Part shown: positions 56,678-64,000 of the stretch, in pieces
Numbering within the stretch: the stretch's first letter is position 1
Layout of the letters: every line of letters begins with the position of its first letter
The notes under the pieces: model-generated
Databases searched by the model: none
What the model was told of the DNA's origin: nothing
The model's input: only the letters and a program-made list of their open reading frames with translations
NCBI GenBank assembly: GCA_012295275.1
Contig: CM022679.1
Location: 20,584,001 to 20,648,000, forward strand
Direction: 5' to 3'
Source of the DNA: Chrysomallon squamiferum
Taxonomy: Eukaryota; Animalia; Mollusca
Length of the DNA: 64,000 bases
Position numbers and translations under genes: made by a program

Positions 56678-59600
56678 AACACCCCCCCAAAAAAGACTGT
56701 TTAAAATAATTGTTAATAATAAAATGTGTTGAATGTTTTCATTCATTCACTGAAATATTTACCAAATTAAAATATAACATAGATACCAAACTTTAATAAA
56801 AGTACTAAAAGAATTATTTTAAAAAACCACAAAAAAACTTGAATAAATAAACATTTTCCAAAGTAAATAATATAGCCTTTACTAAGTTGAATAACAAAAC
56901 AACAACAAACAAAGACAAAAAAAAAAAAAAAAAAAAAAAAAACAAAAAAAAAAGAAAAAAAAGATGAAAATATGTAAGTAAATGAATAAATAAATAAAGA
57001 AAGAGAAGAAAAATAAAACAAAGAACATTTTCTGGAATAAATAAACTTTTCATGACAGATTTATTAAAAAATTTATGATTATGTCTTTTTCTCATCGTGT
57101 AACCAGGATTATTTTATCATTCTGATTATATTTTGCATGGTCCAGGTAAATAACGGTGAGATTGTTGAACCATGTCCAACCTGAATTTCGTGACCTTTTA
57201 TTTATTTTATTTTATTATAAATTTATTTATTTATTTATTTACATTAATTTTCTTGTTCTTTTTTCTTATTACTATTTTTTAATTTATTATTATTATTATT
57301 ATTTTTTTTTTAAATATTTTTTTACTTATACACCACTTCATGGTTCAGATTGTCCAGATTGTGAACATGCTCTGGTGGTTACCCACTGTTCCAGAAAAAT
57401 AATTATTAGTTGTGATAAAAATTAGGTAAAATAAACAGAAAGATAGTTTGACAATGTGGATGACAGCCGCGATCATAAACAAGTCAAGGGTCACAGCTGG
57501 GTAACTGGAGCTGGTTCTGAGTGACTGCTTTTGTTACTGTAGAATTATTTGTAGAATCAGCTTTAGTAATTTTATATTATATGGGTTATCTGTTTAAAAC
57601 ATACATGTACTAATTGTAAAATGTATTAATTTTAAGACAGAGTATTAAAATATTGTAATGTTTACCCTTGTTATATATATATACATAAAAATAAAATATA
57701 TATTTATTTCATGTAAAACTGAGTAATAATATTTGTTTTAATATATGTTTTGTTATAAAAAATATTACAAATAGGATAATGTAGTAATATGTTTTAATAT
57801 ACATGAATTTATTATTAAATGTGTGTGGTGGAGTTTTTTTGAGTGTTTTTTTGAAGTTCGTTTATTTAGTTAATTAAAAACATTGTTTTAATTTTTTTTT
57901 TTTAATTATCATAATACCGTCATTATTTTAGCTGCAACTTTTCAAATGAAATGACTTACATTACAAACTAAACACTACACATCAAGAAAACATTGGACAG
58001 GGTCTGAATTCAGCACCCACCCCCTGCTGTATCATCTCACCCCTAGCAACATCCACCTAATTATGTAAAGTACCCATGGTTTTTAGTTACATGTAGGTCA
58101 TCTGCTTGTGGCCTGGTGTGTTTGTTTTCAGTCCAGTGTGTCTATTCAGGTTAGTGATGTTATCAGGATGCTTCTCCTGTCAGACAGCACAGATAGGGAT
58201 TGTCCTCCAGAGGCTTTCAGCAGACTGTAGTCATGTTATTTATTGAAGTACACAACACAAAAACAAAAAAACAACCTGGTGTGCTTTTTCTCGGTCAGTG
58301 GCAGATCTGGTCATTTTTATAGTAGGTGCATGCACTCTTCAGAGGTTTTTAAACAAGCTCTAGTTCTGTTGTTTACCTTTACCTTCAGTATCTGAATAAT
58401 TAATTATGATTTTAATGATTTTAGTTATGTTGTTTACTTATATATATATGGAAAAAAAAAAATAAATAAAAAAATAAAATAATAATAAACAAATTTAAAA
58501 ATCTCTTGTCATATCTGTTAGGCTCTTAATTCTAGTTAGTGGTGAAATACTTCAGTGGATTTATTTGGTCCTTATGTACAAAACTGAAGGATACACACGT
58601 ACACATTAACCCCATCACAACCATGATTTACATTTATAGTTTTGTATCTGTTTATGTTTGGTGGGGATGAATATTCAATAAAACATTGGTTTTAATTACC
58701 CCCCAAAAAAAAAAAAAAAAAAAAAAGAAGAAGAAAATAATGGTAGATACTTTTTCTTCTTATTCTTCATTGTATATGTATATGGACATAATAATCTACT
58801 TTGTATATTTTGTTGGTGTTTTTTTGTTTGTTTGTTTATTGGGATGAACCAAATGCATCACTGCAATACTGTACAGTAAAACTGATTTCTGAAATCTCAT
58901 ATGTGACTAAAACTGAATTGTGTCAACACTGTATTGTTGGTTGTTTTGGGTTTTTTTCATTGTTGGGCATATTTTTTATTGCTTGATATCAGTGTATAAT
59001 GTAAGGTTTGACTCAGAACTTTAGCTTGAGTACATTTTATTTAACTTTTTAAATTATATTTTTATTACTTCTACTTTACATTTCATTACTGTAGTTCTTT
59101 TTTACACTAATACATTACATAACATTGAATTAAATATTTTATAGTTATTTTATTTTACTTTCTTCTTTTATATTACTTTAACTTTTCCAAGTCACACTTT
59201 AATTTTTGCAAAAAACAACATATAATAATATTAACAACAACAACAACAACAAAAATATATTTATTAATTAAATGAAATGAAAAACAGTCATATGTTTTTA
59301 TTTTTATACCTGGCATTGCTGTTGATGAAATAATCATGATTAACATTGCAGGACATTGTTAAAACAAGGGTGGTAACTCATACAGGACTGCAATAGTGTT
59401 TTGTTGAAGTAAAGCTACTATTTAGTTAAGAAAGAAAGATTTGTTTTTCTGTTTATGGGGAATTTTTTTAAAAATATCATTGTTACTTTGATAATTTTAG
59501 AAAGAAATTATATATTTATATATTTACATTATTTAATTATTTTTATTTTTTCTGTTATCTTTTTACAAATAATACCTAGAAATAAATTAAAGGTATAATA

Positions 59601-60149
59601 AAACAAATGTTTATTTTTGAAGAGAATGTTTTTTTTGTTTGTTTGTTTTTTTGATGAGGATGATTTGGAATCAGAATTTCTACATAATTTAAATTGTACC
59701 TTCACAGATGTTTAATTTTAGTTTAATAATTATCATTATCAGTAGTAGTAGTAGTACTACTACTACTACTACTATTATTACAACAAAAGCATATATATTA
59801 AAACATTAAAACAGTAAATTGTGATATTAATTTAATATATTCTGTGAAAACTTATGATCCAATTTGTTACCAGAGCAGTCCATTATATCAAATGTCAGTG
59901 GTGCTGTCATAGCAACCCAGACACAACTACTGGTATTAAATGTCATGCTGAATGGCAGCATAAAATTACATTTGTATAATGTGCATATTCAGCTAATGTC
60001 AGATTTTATATTTTCTTTTATTTTAATTTTTTGAAACAAATATTTGAAATTACTTTATAATGTGTCAACACCTTTTCTAATACATTTTACATAGTTGAAA
60101 TATTCACCACTATTTTATTATTATTAGAAAATCAGTTGAAAGTTTTGAG

Positions 60150-60192
<43 letters not shown>

Positions 60193-61039
60193 AAGTGTCT
60201 GTAGAGAGAAGGAAAGGAAAAAATGTTTGTATTACGAGATGAACAGAAAAGAATATGCATTTGTACATTATCAGTCAGGATATGTGGTTATGTATGCATA
60301 ACGTATTACTGTGTGTGCATGTGATAATGTCTCAGTCTATATGTGCACGCACACATGTACTCATACAACACACATACACACACAACACACAACACACACA
60401 CACACATATTTGTGAGTATTGGCTATGGGTGTGTTGTGACTGGGATATGTGTGTGCGGGTGTGTGGGTGTGCATTTTCAAAATGCCCATTCGCATGTGCC
60501 TGTGTATTTGGCAGACATGGTCATAGCACTGAGCTTAATTTCTGTTAAATGTCATCTGCTTTGATTTGCTGATTTTGCATTAGTTACCCAACCACACACT
60601 GCCTGTGTTACGTGAAGTAAATGCCCATAATACTTCATTTGCATATTAAGTAGGACCACTCCTAACACTGCCAGTGTCTGATTGTCAAATGTCTGTGACA
60701 GGTTACAGGTAGGTTATTTTTTATTTCAAACCATGGGTGTGCATATATTTCTATAATTAAAAACTGTTGTTTTATAATGGTTTGTATATATTATCATTAT
60801 TATTATTATTATAGTACTAGCAGTAGAAATATTATTATTATTAGCAGTAGTAGTTGTAGTAATGTTGTTGTTATTGTTCTTTTTATTCTGTAATAGTTAT
60901 TAATTTCAGTTTGGCCTATGGTTAATATGATAATTCTTAAATCTGTCTTCGATATCTGTAGCAGTAAAAATGTTAATCATGTTTTAAAAATATTTAAAAT
61001 TATGATATTGCTTGATGACATTAACATATTGTTCAAGAT

Positions 61040-61073
<34 letters not shown>

Positions 61074-64000
61074 AATGTAAGAAGTGCACAGCTAAATTTA
61101 ATATGAAAAAAAAAATAAGAGAAAAAAATAAGATTTAATCTCTCCTGGAGTTGTACAATCTGTTAAGAATGTTCAAAAGTTAAATATTGTTATTAAAACT
61201 GTTAATAATTTTGTTACATGTGTGTAGTGAATTTGCTTACTTTTGATGCTTCTTAACAAACTGATATACATATATAAATCTTATTAATTATTTATAAATA
61301 TTATTAAATAACATATACCTTTCCTGCCACGTATTGTTCGATCTTTTTTTTTTTTTTTTTTTTTGGTTTATTTGATCCATTTTCATAAAACATATTGACA
61401 TAAATGTAATTGAAGTGAAAAGTTTTTTTTAATAAATTCTACAAGCTGTCTGTGTAAAATAATCTGTTCATTATGTATAAATATAAATAAGTAAAATAAT
61501 TTTGAAGAAAATTTTGTAATAATAACATGTTCAAAAAAAAAGAATAGTGGCTGGAGGTATCCATAATTGAAATGACAAAGCTACATTAATAATTAATACA
61601 TTTGGTAAAAAAGTTTTTGCTTTTTATTAATTAATTTATTATTATTATTGGTAGTAGTAGCAGTAATAGCAGTAGTAATAGTATGATTTAATAAAGCACC
61701 TGAGTAAATTGTAATAAAATAAAATAAAATATTAACAAAAAATACTACCAAAACAAGTAAACAAATATTTAAAATAAAATCACTCTCCTAATAATGATCA
61801 ATAATACACAGTATAAAAGGAATTGTCAGTTGTAGTGATTGTTCTACATAGTAAGTCAACCACTGCATTCTAACACCTGTGCATGTTTAACAGACACTGC
61901 GCTGGCTGACAGCCACACTTCAGGTGGTCTGTTCAGGTTTGACACAATATTGTTTAGCCACACAATTGATTCTCTGTCAAATAAGTCATCTTCCCAGGAC
62001 TTTTCAGCAGATCAAATGAGTCTTCTTTCATCTAGAGCCAAGAATTTATATTTAATTAGAAGCTTTTTGCTCCCATTCAGCTCGTTTTACCCCTTCAGTC
62101 AGCAACGTCTGACTGTTTAAGTAACCTGCTGGTGTATTTCCTTTGCTTACCTATTCTGTTCCTTGGATTCCTATCTGTCTGTTTTACTGACCTGCAGATA
62201 TGGAAAATGTCTCCTCTACTTATCTATTCATCTCCTTTGCTTACCCTCTGGTCTGCTTCCTGTTCTGATCAGTATCTCTTAACTGATTTATCAGATATTC
62301 TTTCCTATCTGTGATAAGGTGCATATATATATAAAAATATTTCTTACTGCCAATCAAACAACATAGGGATGCAGTTGTAATTATGTAACAAACTGCACAT
62401 ATTATATCATAGACTCAAATTTAATATGTGTTGAGTGCATCTTTAAATAAAGCATTGGGGCTTTTCTTGTCAAATGGCCCACTGGATTTAACTCCAAACC
62501 CTTGAATTTGTTTTGCTAATTTTTCTACTTTTCGGTTTGCTGAGATGGGTTTGAAATGGTGACTGTCATCCATTTTTGACCACAATCCAAAGTTCAGAGT
62601 AACATTTTCTGAACTATTGATCTAATGAAGGAAATATGTAGCACAGCAAGAGTCCCACCCAAAATAAACACATCTGCTGAGGGGGAGGGATACATTTTTT
62701 TTTTTTTTTTTTAAATTTTGGTTTGTCTTACTCAGAATTATTCATTTCTTCCTTTAATCTTTTGTTGCTGGGTTTGTTAATTTACCCAGATTTTCATTCC
62801 AGTCAGTGACATATAATTGGTTTATCAGGGAATGGGAAGGTACTTATAAAAAAAATCATATGAATTTTGGAAAAATAACCCTGGAACAATAATAACTTGG
62901 TTTGTCTCCACCAATTTTTAAAATTAATTTCTTGTATATTATTGAAATAAAGAAGTTGTTCTTCTGTCTTAACATTTTACATCTCTGTTAGTCATCCCTT
63001 ATTTATTTACCCTCTCATTAGTAATCCATCTTCTTCAGTTAACTCATCTAACCAGCAGTCATTATTGTGTTCCCCCCTAATACTCATCTTACCCCATTCT
63101 ACATGATTCTCTGGTACTAAAACTTGGCCTCAACCTCTGCCCTTCCAGTGTGGCTAAAATGTGAACAACGGCAGAATACATAAGCTTGATTGGACAGTAC
63201 ATATTATCCTGAACCTGCAAATATAAAACAGAGCAGTTTGTGTTCAAAAAAATAAATAAATAAATAAAAACTGTGCCATCAGTGTGTCTCTGTCTACTGT
63301 TTGGTGTATGTTTTCCCCTCCAGCCATTTAACACAGCCAGTCACCATATGCTTGTTGATTCTTGTGGCTGTGACAAGATTTTTGTTTTCCTCATTGTGTT
63401 TCTTCTTCATGTAGTTTTCTGTGTTAGGTGAGTGGACAGTTAGTCGAGATGAATGTCACTGAACAGGTGATAAACAGTTCACTGCATTTCACTCAAAACA
63501 TTTCTGTCCATGGTGGATTGCAGGTGTTGCAATGTGTGTGTTTACAGTGTGGGAATATAGAAATTTTACTTGACAACTAGATATAGAACAGTGTTGACTA
63601 CTGATTGGTTTGAAATACAGTTTTATCTGTTTTGTAGATATTTTCCACATGAAACATTATCAGTGTGAAGTACTGAGTGATGTGGAGTACAGTTTTATCT
63701 TGTGTAGATATTTTCCATAAAAAACGTGTGAACTGCTGTTCCATAAATAGGAAATTGTGTTTATTTTGTTAAAGGATAGAGAAATGATCATAGAAATGTG
63801 ATGTAAAATTTAATAACATGAACTGTCATGAATTGTAAGAGTGGATACAGAAATTTTACCTCATAGTTTCAGATAAAATATTAACAGCTACTGTCAAGTA
63901 GGGAACAGTGTGTATCTTTACAGTGTGTTGACAAATACAGTTAACAACAGTATCAGAGTGAACTAATGTAAAGTGATTATTTTTGTCTTGTGCTGTAAGC

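Noticed and set aside
61839-62314. ORFs or micro-exon candidates in the last intron
   Set aside because: No coiled-coil or family-like sequence and only weak splice sites.

Overview
AT-rich, microsatellite-rich, intron-containing eukaryotic DNA from an invertebrate metazoan; a lophotrochozoan or mollusc is plausible but not proven. Four spliced genes were reconstructed by hand from splice sites and frame continuity. (1) The first coding exon of CCDC6 (minus strand, continuing off the left edge). (2) A 7-exon multi-pass membrane protein of ~400 aa (DUF7802-like, plus strand) with a GC-AG intron, an unresolved and possibly non-AUG start, and motifs reminiscent of CruF-type carotenoid hydratases. 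(3) A complete 8-exon HIF1AN/FIH asparaginyl hydroxylase (minus strand, 328 aa). (4) The first 11 coding exons of an outspread/MPRIP-like double-PH coiled-coil gene (plus strand, 21.9-kb first intron, continuing beyond the right edge), whose exon 6 is one base short of frame. Between HIF1AN and the outspread-like gene lie a well-bounded non-autonomous hAT-Charlie-type element carrying a 42-bp minisatellite and a separate fossil hAT transposase. A Tigger/pogo-like remnant, a fold-back repeat and several minisatellites are also present. No prokaryote-type system (CRISPR, rRNA, tRNA, operon) is evident. The best leads are the CruF-like membrane protein, its start-codon anomaly and the exon-6 frame switch. 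Family assignments are from recalled motifs, not database searches.
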